Source: Amoebophrya sp. A120
Taxonomy: Eukaryota; Protista; Dinoflagellata
Assembly: GCA_905178155.1 (NCBI GenBank)
Contig: CAJINV010000018.1
Location: 662,609 to 726,608, forward strand
Length of the DNA: 64,000 bases
Reading direction: 5' to 3'
Below are positions 27,101 through 38,200 of the stretch, one piece after another (position 1 is the first letter of the stretch; each line of letters opens with the position of its first letter). The position numbers were made by a program, and so were the translations under genes. The notes below the pieces were generated by a model. That model made no database searches and was not told where the DNA came from. It was given only the letters and a program-made list of their open reading frames with translations.

Positions 27101-27462
27101 CGCTTGCTGGCCTGTTCTGCCTTTTCCTTGCTTCGAATTATTTGCGGGGGAATTTTTCTAGAGGAAGGCTTTTTTATTGCTCCAAGTTTCATCTCCATCA
27201 CCACCATGCGGTGGTCGCTGTGTGTGAGTGTGCCCTTGATCACTTTTAGTTTTTGAAAGAGGCCGCGATCTCGGTGGGATACGAGGAACCGGTCGTATTC
27301 CCTTTGTCGTCTTTCTTCGCTTGTCCACTTTCCGGTGAAAGTGAACCGCTCCCGCCACGGTTTTTTGTGCAAGCTGGAGAGGTCAACAAGCTGCCGCGCT
27401 GCTGCTAGCTCGTGCAGCCGCTGCTTGTTGTCTGACTCGACCACAAAGTCGCTAGTCAGGCC
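24117..27462 (-). mobile_element. 5'-truncated non-LTR retrotransposon (RTE-like LINE)
   Basis: 12-bp TSD gcatatcatcta (24105-24116 and 27463-27474); short (CAGT)n tail at the 3' end; single long RT ORF. Confidence 0.9.
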
Positions 27463-27471
27463 GCATATCAT
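24232..27471 (-). CDS. LINE ORF: C-terminal part of APE endonuclease plus reverse transcriptase
   Basis: APE end motifs (YDRFLV...HSDH); RT motifs NWRPIAL, QKGCRRG, FIDFQKAFDS, GIRQGSALSPLLF, YVDD, FKYLG; RTE-type tail YNSECW, RRLGWVAH. The listed ATG lies in the TSD, so the true N-terminus is missing. Confidence 0.93.
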   Translation of the reverse strand: MICGLTSDFVVESDNKQRLHELAAARQLVDLSSLHKKPWRERFTFTGKWTSEERRQREYDRFLVSHRDRGLFQKLKVIKGTLTHSDHRMVVMEMKLGAIKKPSSRKIPPQIIRSKEKAEQASKRLAVKYTPEVLEQIENGPTSAGAWWTEFEKDLGATLEKLRKLAPASGPQKPWISEDTWNKIEERRKAKASGAGKVTKLTREINKLVKADRAAWVQNKIETLKQADACGNTKVVFDTVRQLAGRGRKRPQELPGPAKVWTDFWGDIFGKPRPQPPDEVRQTKTWKRCEREIERNEPGPTWCEGLDAVPSRDEVAAALKELKAGRAFAGPIPAEFAKECDTVKSVLAALVRRIFAGEKIPEEWGEAVVAMLHKDGVQANPANWRPIALITLGEKLLGLVILRRIEADAGKKLDPRQKGCRRGLSCRHAVFELLRDVERSNKEGRRALYAFIDFQKAFDSLSWDVMFTVLRLQGVPENICRIIYNMYEQNAKVTIRLGEGKHAPTFRQRSGIRQGSALSPLLFAICVDWALAQFIATMVEEQKWTREQAEAQALAWLGYVDDLVVKDSNAKDLEFALQELSSACRFIGLELNTKKTKVLAVNPEVEERKNPSAKMERCQHDGDWGWVIEWSGKDWNNQWKEEAGRLKMAGLGDLAPTHLVVWDTPSRGVTAVTLKQSGWALTNEGESIRLMRLGQIRHVIADKNAHECPKCGDILPDATALHFHTATGFCRPNKTMQELRTLRIGRQVEQKNKQAQKPTAVQEGKPVRHLGKAIEQVASFKYLGTEIALDGSTDAETTRRCAIALGVVQQLSPIWRDKTIPLYLKSDLFRSLSLSVAMYNSECWAISSAAATQLRRYQDSALRHVLGGHYKNQEKNRLQLCTDLGVQPLEVEVATRRLGWVAHTCRGDEAEGSVSRIEKELFCKSIWGRQLEDDFYMFGLTMQTLKETKPTAVALRATLAKRKPVKPIKKQRGAVAGRPKTEKRTAMEEERQRRLEQQRRETDEANKKLLSQINGKVWEKQSRSKYNFSVLADSGERISFRVTSFFFCEIAGMEEATVLGHTFQQNNATKAWTAANPIV

Positions 27472-30400
27472 CTAAATCTATATTTATCATGCTTTGCTTG
27501 TTGTTGTCGGTCTCTCGTGTTGCTCTTCTTGTACTTGTTGTTCACAAAGAGGAAGGCTGAAGAGACAAATTCAAATGCCCGAAAGAGATGGGTCCTGTCG
27601 CGTTTGAGGCAGCCAGGGGGACGATGCAAAAATGAAAATACAGAAGAGATAAAGTCGCAAACAAATAGCAAAGCGAGCTACTAGCACGGGGCCCGCTATT
27701 TAACAAGGCTGAAGCAACAAGGGCGCACGCCAAGCATCACTGCTTGTTTGCTCACCTTCACGTATCGAAATATTTGCACGATGACCGACTGCGAACATTG
27801 AACGACGCAGCCAACGCACCGATCACGCAAGGCAGGCCCGAGGATATGCTAGTAGTAGTACCCATGCAAAGGCAACTTATCACGTTGACACGACGACACG
27901 GCCAACACAAAGGGAAACAAACGAACGATAACTACATGGGCCAACGTCAGCACGAAGAACGAAGCCAACAGATGCTGCCTCGCTATTCTATTGCGCGCCG
28001 TCCCGCCACTCAGAAAGGCATCTTGATAGCCATGCTAGTGTGTGCTGCTGCTGATTGTCTTCTAGCATAATAATAACACATACACAGCCCCGAGCCCGGC
28101 GAGGCCAATATAATGACGAAACCGAGGGCGTAGCCAGACTCCTAATACACCGAAAGCGCAAAGAAAGGCGGGGGCGGAGAATGGGCCACAGGCAAAACAC
28201 GGCAACCGTGGGCCCTTTCTTTGCAGACGAAAGAAACATGTACACGCCGCAGGTTTGCCGGGCCCGCAGAATAATACACAAAACGGAGAAAAACTCCCGG
28301 GCCCCTTTCCGCGTCTTTTTCCTTTCCAGCACTCATTGCCAGAGAGAGCAACATCACATCGGCCGGGGAAATGGGGGCGGGCGCCAGGGGGCTTCGGCCT
28401 CGTCCTCTATCTATGCCTACCACCATCCACGCAACCGGCTGGGCAACGCTGCCGTCCCTCAATGCCCGAAGCGATCTGCTGGCGCCTTTGGGGGTTGTCG
28501 GTACTTCCTTGGCCCGGCGTAGGAACACCCCGCGGGGCGCCTTGTCCAACCAACCTACCAGCGGGGCACGAGCGCGCCCCGGCAATCAGGAAAATACGGC
28601 GCACGGCGGACCTGGGCCCTTGCTTTGGCCGGCGGGTCGCGATTGCTTCACAGGTACGTAAGCCGCGCCACGAAAGGCAATGGAGCGGCGATTGTTTGAA
28701 TGACGAAGCTGAGCAAAGGCTGCGTGCCCCCTGGCCCGCCCTTCTATCGTGCAGGCCTACTCTAGACCCTTCCACAACAAGAAGGAGCAAGCCAGCGCGT
28801 GCGCGCGCCGGCAATGCTAACGAATAGGAGAAAGAGCGGGCGCGGCGGGAATCGCTTTGCGCAAGCTATCGGCGGGGCACGGCAGCGCAGATAGGCAACA
28901 AATTAGTAGAGCCCGAAGGTAGGACTTCGCTGCCCCCGGTCGCAGCCTATCAAGATGCGGCGGGTCGCCGCGCTGCCTCTAGAAGCTGCTGCCGTCTTTA
29001 TTGGGTTCGTTCGTTTGGCCGAATAGCGTAGCTGCCCCGAAATCTATCTAAGGCAAAAAAAAGCTGCGCTCTACAAAGCAGAGAAAGAAGGGCCCCCACC
29101 GGGGGGCGCAACGGAATAGGGACACGAATCACGCCGGGGCCCGCCCCCGCGAGCAGCCCAGCGCGCCCCCACGCATTGAGGCTGGGGAAGAGGACTAAAA
29201 AAACTGCAGGCATGCACTGCGACCGGAGCAAGGAAGCCGCGCCGGCTGACGAAGGCGGGCGCATTGTTGCGCGGTTTCGGTGTAGGTCGATGGCCGCGCC
29301 GCTTCGGGCAGGGGCGGAGGCATCGGCATTCCGCCATGGCCGCCCCTGAGGCGACGGGGACTTGCCCCGCGCGCTCTCCAGAACTGCCCTGCCGTTCGGC
29401 TTCGGGGCCTGACGAATACAACGACACACACGAGCGCATCGCTGGCGACTCGCTACGGTCGCCCGCTTTGTCTTGTGCCTGCTCTAGGGAACAGCGGCGC
29501 CATCGCGTTCCTGCAACAATCCATCCACGAAACCCCTGGCCTCTCGGCCAAGCAGGACAGGGAGAACAACGCCTCACACAGGATGGAAAACAAGCGGCCG
29601 GCGGGCGCGCGCTCGCGTGCGGTCGCACGACATGGATGCGTGGGCGTTGCCGTGCCCTTGGCTGCCACGCGGCGCGCCTAAGAGTTTACGCCCGTGGGAA
29701 ATAACACGAGACGGAGGCCGACGGCGGTGCACAGGGTGAAAGGATGCCCTCGCTTTTTCCTCTTGTCTTATTAGTTATTACGTCGACGAAGCAAGCGAAA
29801 ACGAGAACACAGACACAACGCACACACTAGCTGCGCCGCCAACAACGTGTCCAATGTAGAAGGCGCCCAACCTAGACGGCCGAGACCACACACCCCAGAG
29901 CCGCGCCGGGGTTGATTAGGTAAATCGAGCCTGTGCCCTGCATGGCGCCTGGGAGCTTGCTCTTTTTCGCATTCGCAACGACGTGGCCGGCTGGCAACCA
30001 CGGAAAGAGGCCGAACACGAGTACAGAAACAAGGCGCAAGAGAACCAACGAAGCGCGCGCAATTCGACGAGACAAACTCTGCGCGACTTTCCATTTTATT
30101 CCTCCTACACGGGCTGCAACCCCAGCAGCTAGCTTGCGCCCTGGCTGTTCGTTGTGCAGCTGAGAGCCCCGTGAACCCTTCCCGCTGCGCGCTGGCTGCC
30201 TCCCGACCGAGGATGGAAGGAAGGGGCGCCAAGCAAACATAGATAGAACAAGTTCGGTAGGGGCGGCCACACCCTGCACGCCTCTCATTTGTGCAAAAGC
30301 TGTGCCGCGACCGCTCCATCGGAGCGAAAAACTAAAACCACACACGCTCGCTAAACAGGCAGGATACAAGCTCAGAAGCGATCGCCCCCGGGAATGGGTC

Positions 30401-31974
30401 TGGGGGCAATCTCCGCAATGAATTAGCTCTCCTTCGCGCAGCGAGCTAGTAAAAACTGAAGAAGAAAAATAGCAAAACATACGACAGACGAAAAGGAAGA
30501 GTTGTAATAAAATGAAACAAATAAAAGAGAAAGATAAGATCAATACTAATACTGTGAAACCTATCGAGCGCCATTCTTGTGCCCGAGACAGATATAGACG
30601 ACGCGCGCCAACAAAGCCAAAAAAGAAAGCCGCGGCGGGCTGTTCTGCAGATTATGCTGCCCGGAGACCCGCTCCACGGAGGCGCACGGCCTGCGCGCGC
30701 CCGCGCGCCGACAACGAGAACCGTCACGCACGCGTGCTAGGCTGTGCCAGCTGAGCGATGCGCGCCAGCGCCAACAATGGCGCCCTGGATAGAAAACGCG
30801 GACCGACGCTCGCGGCGCCGCACCATCGGCAGAGCGGTTGGCGCAGTGCTACGGCAACGGCTGCGCGCCTGCTTCTTTTTGTTCGGAACGAAGGAAGGGC
30901 ACACGCCACGGCCGAGAGGGCCTCCGGGGGGTTTGCGCGAATCACCGACCGCGCCGCGCCCCTGCGACCTACTGACACAACGCAACGGGCGCCGCGCCTG
31001 TCAGTCAATCTATGGAGCCGCGCGGCCGCCACGAGGAAAACACCACCAGGCGCAATGCGCACTAAACAAAAAAACAGAAACGAGGCGCGCAAGAAAAAAC
31101 CCAGAACGGCCACAAACGACAAAAAAAAACAAGCAGCCCGAAGGAACAAAATCGAAAAAGGTAGACCGCAACAAACCAGACCGGAAGCGCAAAAAACGGA
31201 AAGCGGACGGACTGCAAAAACAAAGAAAAGCACTGCCGGCCACATTCCTTCGCGTTTTTGTTTCTGGTGCCTGGGGCGGGCGCGCGCCTGTTTGCGTTTT
31301 GGCGGATTTGCAGGCCGACTCCTTGCCCCGGACCAAGCACCGGCGGGCGGCGCTTTCGAAAAAAAGCGCGGGCGGGGCCCGGTTCATTTCAATCACCGAT
31401 CGCGGCGCAAGGCCCCAGACCCTTGGCCCGCGCGGGCTTCCGGCAAAAAAAGTGCCCCGGCTGGCGGCATTTGCATTCGCTTAAAAAAAGAAAAAAAAAA
31501 CAAGAAGAAAAAAAAAAGTAGCAAAAAAGTAGCAAAAGAGAAGAAGTAGAAGGGTTTAGGTGTTTAGGGTTTTCCGATTCAGCAAAAAAAGTTCTTCGTC
31601 GACGCGTAACAAGCTGGATCGGACGTGTGCCGCTACTACCGGCTCGACACATAGAAAACGAATTTCGCGCGTTGTGCGGGAGTAGCTACCCCTCCCCTGC
31701 TTCGGGTTGTAGTTGCCATTGGCGTCATTGATTGCGGTCGACAAAATCTCTTCCCGATGATTTCCATCTCTGCGTTTGTGGATGGTGAGCATGGAGCTTG
31801 CTCCTTTTTGTGCCGCGGTGTCGGAGGTTCGTTCACGCACCGGCCGCATTCTTGGAAACGGAGGGGGGGTGCGGGACCCCCATCAAGCCGTCGCGGCGCG
31901 AAGCCGCAAATCCCTGGTCCTCGTTCACCAGCAGAAGTGTTCGACCGGTGGGGCGGTCCTCTGAAACTGAAAAT

Positions 31975-32200
31975 GGCGAAAAAAAAAAAAAGAAGCAAAG
32001 AAAAAACAAAAAAAAAAAGGCAAAGCAAAAAAAAAAGAAAGGGAAAAAAGAAAAAAGGAAAAAAAGGAAAAAAAGGAAAAAAAGGAAAAAAAGGAAAAAA
32101 AGGAAAAAAAGGAAAAAAAGGAAAAAAAGGAAAAAAAGGAAAAAAGGAAAAAAAGGAAAAAAAAAGAAAAAAAAGAAAAAGAGGAAAAAAAGGAAAAAAA
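31975..32200 (+). repeat. Purine-rich microsatellite (A7GG)n
   Basis: About 12 near-perfect 9-bp units within A-rich flanks; accounts for the spurious K-rich and F-rich ORFs. Confidence 0.95.
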
Positions 32201-32297
32201 CCTCCCGCGCGAATGGGGCAGCAAGCAAACCCAAAAGGGCGCAGCGGCTGCTGCCAGTAAAAAAATAAAAACCACCCCTCGCCGCCTCTCCGTTCGG

Positions 32298-35200
32298 TTA
32301 AGGTTCGCCCCATTCGGCCTCCACGATGGGGCGACCTTTATTTGTCGCGCTTCCGGCTGGCGGTTTCGCGCGAAACGACCCCGACTCCCCGTCCCAAAAG
32401 CCATCATCAGGGGGCCCAAAGGACTCGTCGACCAAATAAACCGCCTCAAAGAAGTCGCTCCGCTTGAATTCCTCCTCCTTATAACGCGGGCCCCTTTCGT
32501 CTGCTTCGCCTGCGGCGGGTAGTGGAGATTCGCCAAGGGCAGTAGCGGCGGCTCCTCCTTGTGCGACGAAAACTTTTTCGTCGAGGATGCTTGTGACCAA
32601 GTTTTCGTACATCTCCTTTCGGGGGCCTCCGAAGGCTTTCCAAACCCAGGAGCCGGCTCGCTCCGGCTCGCTCTGCGACCTGTCCTGCTGCAGGTCTTCA
32701 GAGTCGGCAACGGAGACCAGCTCCGTAGGAGTCATTTGGTGGCCGGCCGGCTTCCCGTCCAGGGCCTCAGGCGCCACGACAAACTTATTGAAGTCCCGTG
32801 GAACAACATCGACGTCCACTATGCTGTTGGAAAGACCATGCGGAGCCATTCCCGCATCCACGCGATGTTCACGCCGTCGTGGTTCTGGTGCTTGTGATCC
32901 GGGTCGCGCAGGGGTGACCCTTGCAAAGTTCGGACGATTTGCCAGCTCCGGTAGCCCGTTTGCTGCAAGTAGGGCGGCCTTCGCCGGGCCGCTCTCCCAG
33001 GGCGTTAGGTCGTAGGAATTGCCTCCACCGCCCAGGGAGACCTGCTTGGGCGCCTTTCGCAGGGGCCAGTTGTCCCCACCTCCCAGCATGGGCAAAACCA
33101 CAACGCGCAGCGGCTTGCCTGACGCGACCTGCTGCTGAATACAGGCATCAAATGCGGAACGGTAAGCAGCCTCCACGCCCTCCCAGAAGAATTTGAAGTC
33201 CCACTGCGACCTCTGGTTTAATGTGGCTCCCGCTGCTTGGGTTTTTCTGTCCGCCGCATTAGGTGGCATCACCCAAACCAAGGCACCCAAGTGGGGCTCG
33301 GCCTTGCCTGTGCCCTTGGCTTTCGCAGCGACCAGGCTTTGGACAGCGGGCTTAATAGTGTTCTTGTCTGTTTGCGGCTGCAATGCCTTTGGGCCTCCCA
33401 GATTCGGGTCGGAGACCACCCACGCGTCCCCGAACTTGCTCGCCCTCTCAGCATTCTTGTATGTTTCACGCCCCCCCGTCCGCAACAAAAACTGGGGCTT
33501 CCCGAAATTGTCCTGGATTGTGCGAATCTGCGATAGATTGTCTTTGTCGTGATCTTTGTTGCCAGCAGGGCGCCCAGGCCTAGCGCTGGCGGCATGTTTC
33601 GGCGAGGACTCGCCAAGTTCTCCCTTCGCTTCCGCAGCTGGCGACCCATTATGGGGATCACCAAAGGGCCGGCGAATCAAACCCCACCGGCTACGAAACA
33701 GATTCTCATGTAGTGCAGTCATCTTGCTTTCGTCGCCCGCCGACTCGTGTATCAAGAATCTCGCGTAGACTCTCGCCTCTTCGGTTCGGTGCAAAGAAGG
33801 ATTGCGATAGACCCCCCTTTCCGTCAAGTCGAGTCGGTTGTTCATCAGAGGGTTTTCGTGCGAACGCGTGCACTCCCCATCCCCGCCAGGAATTCCAGGA
33901 TTGCCACCAACGACGAGGGCAACATTCTGCGGGCCCGGGTTTTTTGAGTCGCTGCGGGGGTCCAAGAACTTTTCGGCCGCAAAGTCCAGAGCGGTCTTCG
34001 TCGTGATCGTTGGCTGAAGTGGGTGCGCAGCGGTTTTGCTGCCGGCCCGCCCCCCGGCTCCTGTGGTCGCCATAGTACTTTTGAAAAGGCCTGCTCCCAC
34101 GGTTTTCTTTGCGCCTCCCTGACCCTGGCCCGCACCCTTCTCTTCTACAAGCTGCATGCGAGCGCTTCTCTTGGTTTTGGCAAAAGCGATCATTTTTTCT
34201 CCATCATGGTCGCCTGCTGCTGCACCAGCAGGACTCCCCCCCTCGGAGGCCTCGCCTCCACTTGCATGCGTCGACGCTTGGAACACCACCCGCTGCGAAT
34301 GAGACTGACCGTTGTGCGGAGGCAAAATTGCCTCGAACTTAAACATTCTACTGAGGCGCTTGCGCCAGGCCTCCAGTTCGTTCGCCACGTCCTTAATGCG
34401 GATTAGGTTATGTTGTTGGTCAGCATCTGCCACACCGTCGGTGCTGGGCTCGGAAGTCTCGGAATGACGTTCCGACGACTGCCTCGTCACGGCACCTAGC
34501 AAAGGCGCCATGACTTCTTTGGCAAAAAATCTGGCGAGGAAATTTTTGTCATCAGCCTGACACAGCGCCTCGTCCGCGGGGGTCAACAGCTTCGATCCCA
34601 CTTTTTGCGTCAATTTTAACAACGCAGCAACTTGAGGGTGCGGGGGTGAAGGCGCTCCCGCCTGGCCAGGATGGAGATGGTTCTCATTACGCATTTCGAT
34701 TCCATGCAATACCTTGATGAAGGCAGCTCTTTCTCTTTGATGTCTTGGGGCTGTCTCACTCCCAGATCGAGCAGTCTCTTTTTCATGACCCTCTTTAGTA
34801 CGGCTCACGACATACTCTTGGAACATGTCGACTAAATCGTGGTCTCCGGGACTACCACGACTTCCTCGCGCGGAGGCTAGTGCAGGAGTTGTGGCTGCGA
34901 CGGAAATTAAGCTCTTTCGGATAGAGGCTTCTGCTATTGTTCGTGATGCCTGGTCCGTGCTAGCGCCTCCTGATTGTTTTCTGCTTTGTACTGCTTCGCC
35001 CCGAGTCCGACCTCCGCCGACGACCGTAGAAAATGCAAAGGCGGCAACTTCTCCTGGCGGGGCGGCGGGCTCCAGGTTTCTGACTGCGGCAACAATCTTT
35101 TCTGCTTCCTTGTCGATCACTAAGGCAGCGCTGGCACTGGGCGCGGCGGCGCTTGCGCGAGACTCTTCATCATGTTCTCCCCCAGATGGAGCAAAGCTGG

Positions 35201-38200
35201 CGCCACCATCAATGTCGACGCTCGCCGGTAATTCGAGCCAGAACTCCCACTCTGGCGGAATCATCGCAAAACCAGAAGTGCTCTCTTCCGCACCCGATGA
35301 TGAAGCAGCGGTGGTCTTGTGGTCGTTCGTTCTGCTAGCTCGATGCAACATACTTCCCAACTGAATTATCTTTCTCGTGTAATCAGAGTCGAGAAAGGAG
35401 AAGAGCGCCTTCGACGGCGCCCACGCTTCTAAAGTTTGCGGAGTGGGGACGCCGCACACGACGTGGCTGTTCTTGTTCAGGATCTGCTTCTTAAGGCGCT
35501 GCAGCTCTCTATCATACGCAAGTTTCATCTCCGGTTCGGCCCTGGCTCGGCTTTCGTCCGTGCTGGAGTAGGAGTAGGCCAGCCTTCTCTCGCTGCCCGA
35601 GGCCAGTTGCTGCTGACTGATGGCCGGGGCCGGGTGATGGTGAATATCCAAGTTTTTGCGTCCCAGGAAGCGCCGCCCATCGAAAAAATCCGCGGCAGCG
35701 CCCACACTAAGCTTTATCTGAACTAGTTTGCGGCTCTGCTCGCCATCTCCGCCACCCCCCGTGCTGGGCTTTTTCGGATCCCGCGCCCGCCACACGAGCG
35801 CCACAGGCTCCGGCGCGAAATCAAATTTTTCGGCATCAGGATTCCAGAAGCCAGCTGCGGGTAGAGGTTCGCCAGCGCCCCCAAGCGGAACACCTTTTCT
35901 GGAAGTGTCAGCCTCGAAATCGGCAAAGTTGGAATCATTTGAGATGCATCAAGAAACAGCTAGTGCCAATTGGTCGCCCAATTTCTATGTATTTCATCTA
36001 TGTGGCCCCTAATGAGGACAAGCAATTTTTCATAATTCTTCTTCATGAGGCAAAGAGCGAAGGCTGTTTTTGTTGTTCTCCTTTGCTGCCCTATCGCTAA
36101 AAACGAACATATATCAAACTTACGACAAGCGGTCTCGTTTGCCAGCATTGTTTGTTGAGAAAGACAGGCACTCCGTGACTAGCACTTCAACACGCGTTGC
36201 AAATCATTTCAACTTTGTCAACCTCAAACCCCCTGACGCTTCCATATCTTTGTCTTCCGGTGCTATGATGTAAACACTCTCGAAGAAGTCCCTCTTCTTC
36301 AGGGTGTATTCCGCTGGCTGTGCGTCGCTCGCACCGGTGGTGGTAAAATCTTCCACCTGCTGGACCACCTGGACGTGGACCTGCTCATCAAGAATGCTGT
36401 CGACCATCTTCTCGTACATGACCGCCTGCGGGCCGCCTGCAACCTGCCAAATCCACTGATCCCAATCATAATCATTTTTGTGTGAGGTTCTACCGGATTG
36501 AATCTCAGGCGGTGAGGCGGGTAACACGATATTATCATCTTGTATGGCGACGAAGTCGGGATCGAGATCGGTGTGCGCTGGATACCCATCCAGGCGAAGC
36601 TCTTCCGCGCGCGGTCTCGCCGGTGCGGTAAGAGGTACCACACGGTGGCCGTGCCGGTTAGTTTTTTTTACTGATTTCAACGGCCATCGATCGTGGGCAT
36701 CAGCCACTGGAATAAAAAGTTTAATCGGCTTATAATCAATTACAATTTCGCTTTCGCCTTCTTCCCCCAAACCAAGTTTCCGTTTCGTTTTTGTCGGCCA
36801 TTGCTCTTTGATAGAGGCGTCAATCGCCGCACGAATGGCGGCGGTTTCTCCTTTCCAGAAAAAGTCAAAGTTATTTGCGGCGTGAGCGTTCAGTGTGCGG
36901 GCGGCGGGGCCGACGACGTCCCTGCTGCCTTCGACGGGCCCGTCAGCCGCTGCATTGGGACCGGCAACCCAAATCAAGGCGCCCATCTGATGCCGATCTT
37001 GCGGCCCCACGCCACTGGCGCCGGCGGGGCTCATTTTTTGGTATTCCAGTTTTCCTGCATCAAAAACCCCTGCACCTGAATCAGCAACTTTGACTTCCGG
37101 ACCGAGCCACGGCGACGGAATGACCACAGCACCTCTAAACTTGTTGTGGCGGTTTGTGTTCGAGTAAGTTTCTGGGTCCAGCTCTCGTCTCGTGTCAGTG
37201 CCGACGTTGATCATGACTGAGCCGTTGTCCTGGAGGGTGTCTGTGCTTAACGTGCCGGAGCTCGTAAGACCCCATAAACCTTGGATCAGGTGGCCAAGCC
37301 CAGCTACCTCGTGAAGAAGCACCATGCTCTTCAGCTGGTCGGCGTTGGTGTCCAGGTATATAGCTGCGGCACCCCAAGGATCTTCCGGCGCCGGAAGCGG
37401 GGCAGCGGGAGGAGGGGACGGTGACTTCGTCTCGTCCGACATCAACATGGACGAGGTGTACCACAAGAAATTGGAGTAAGCAGCTTCTTCTGGAGTTTGC
37501 TCAGGTGTAGGCTTTATCATACGAAAATCAAGCTTGTGAGAAATCGCGCGACCCAGTGTCTGGCCCTGCGGAAAAATTGAAGCGCCATTTCTTTCCGCTG
37601 TCGCCGGCTGCAAGCTGATCTCCCCCGGGGGTTGAAGAGTAAGCGGGGCACATCTTCCGCCGGGGGCCCCTGGGCTCCCCAGGATGACCAAGACAACTGT
37701 ATCCGTATCGAGACCTTTCTTGACCACATTATTCCACACGATCTCCTGGCCCCACCTCTTGGCAGTCACGCCCTCAATGCTTGGCCCGACGCCGACACGC
37801 CTCCTCTCTACTATCTGAGGGAGAACATGGCTGGCGGCCAGGGGCGACCATATTATAGCACTATCAGGTGGTCTGCCTGCTCCACCAGTAGAGGCGGTCG
37901 GTTTTGGTTGTGCAACTATCTGTAGTGTCAGGAATTCACCAGGGCTGGCGGATTGGTCTCCAGGGCGGGTTGGAGGTAGTTGGTCGGGGCTCGCAACGGT
38001 GGTGACGGCCGAGGGGTGTCGGGTTGGTAGTACTACACTGAATTTGTATGGGGATGTCAATCGTGGTTCCCCATGATCTTCAGAAGTAGTTTTTTGCCAA
38101 GTGCGTAGCACAAGTGGTCGTTCCTTTTCGTCATTGGGGAGTTCGAGCAAAGGTGGTTGCGACGAGGCATCGTCGGAGCGCACGCCCCATCCCGAAAATG

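Noticed and set aside
26005-27256. 281-aa and 369-aa plus-strand ORFs
   Set aside because: Antisense shadows of the GC-rich RT ORF
27750-31550. Overlapping Arg/Ala-rich ORFs
   Set aside because: No recognisable domains in any frame; expected by chance at this GC content
31636-32313. Lys-rich and Phe-rich ORFs
   Set aside because: Translations of the (A7GG)n microsatellite
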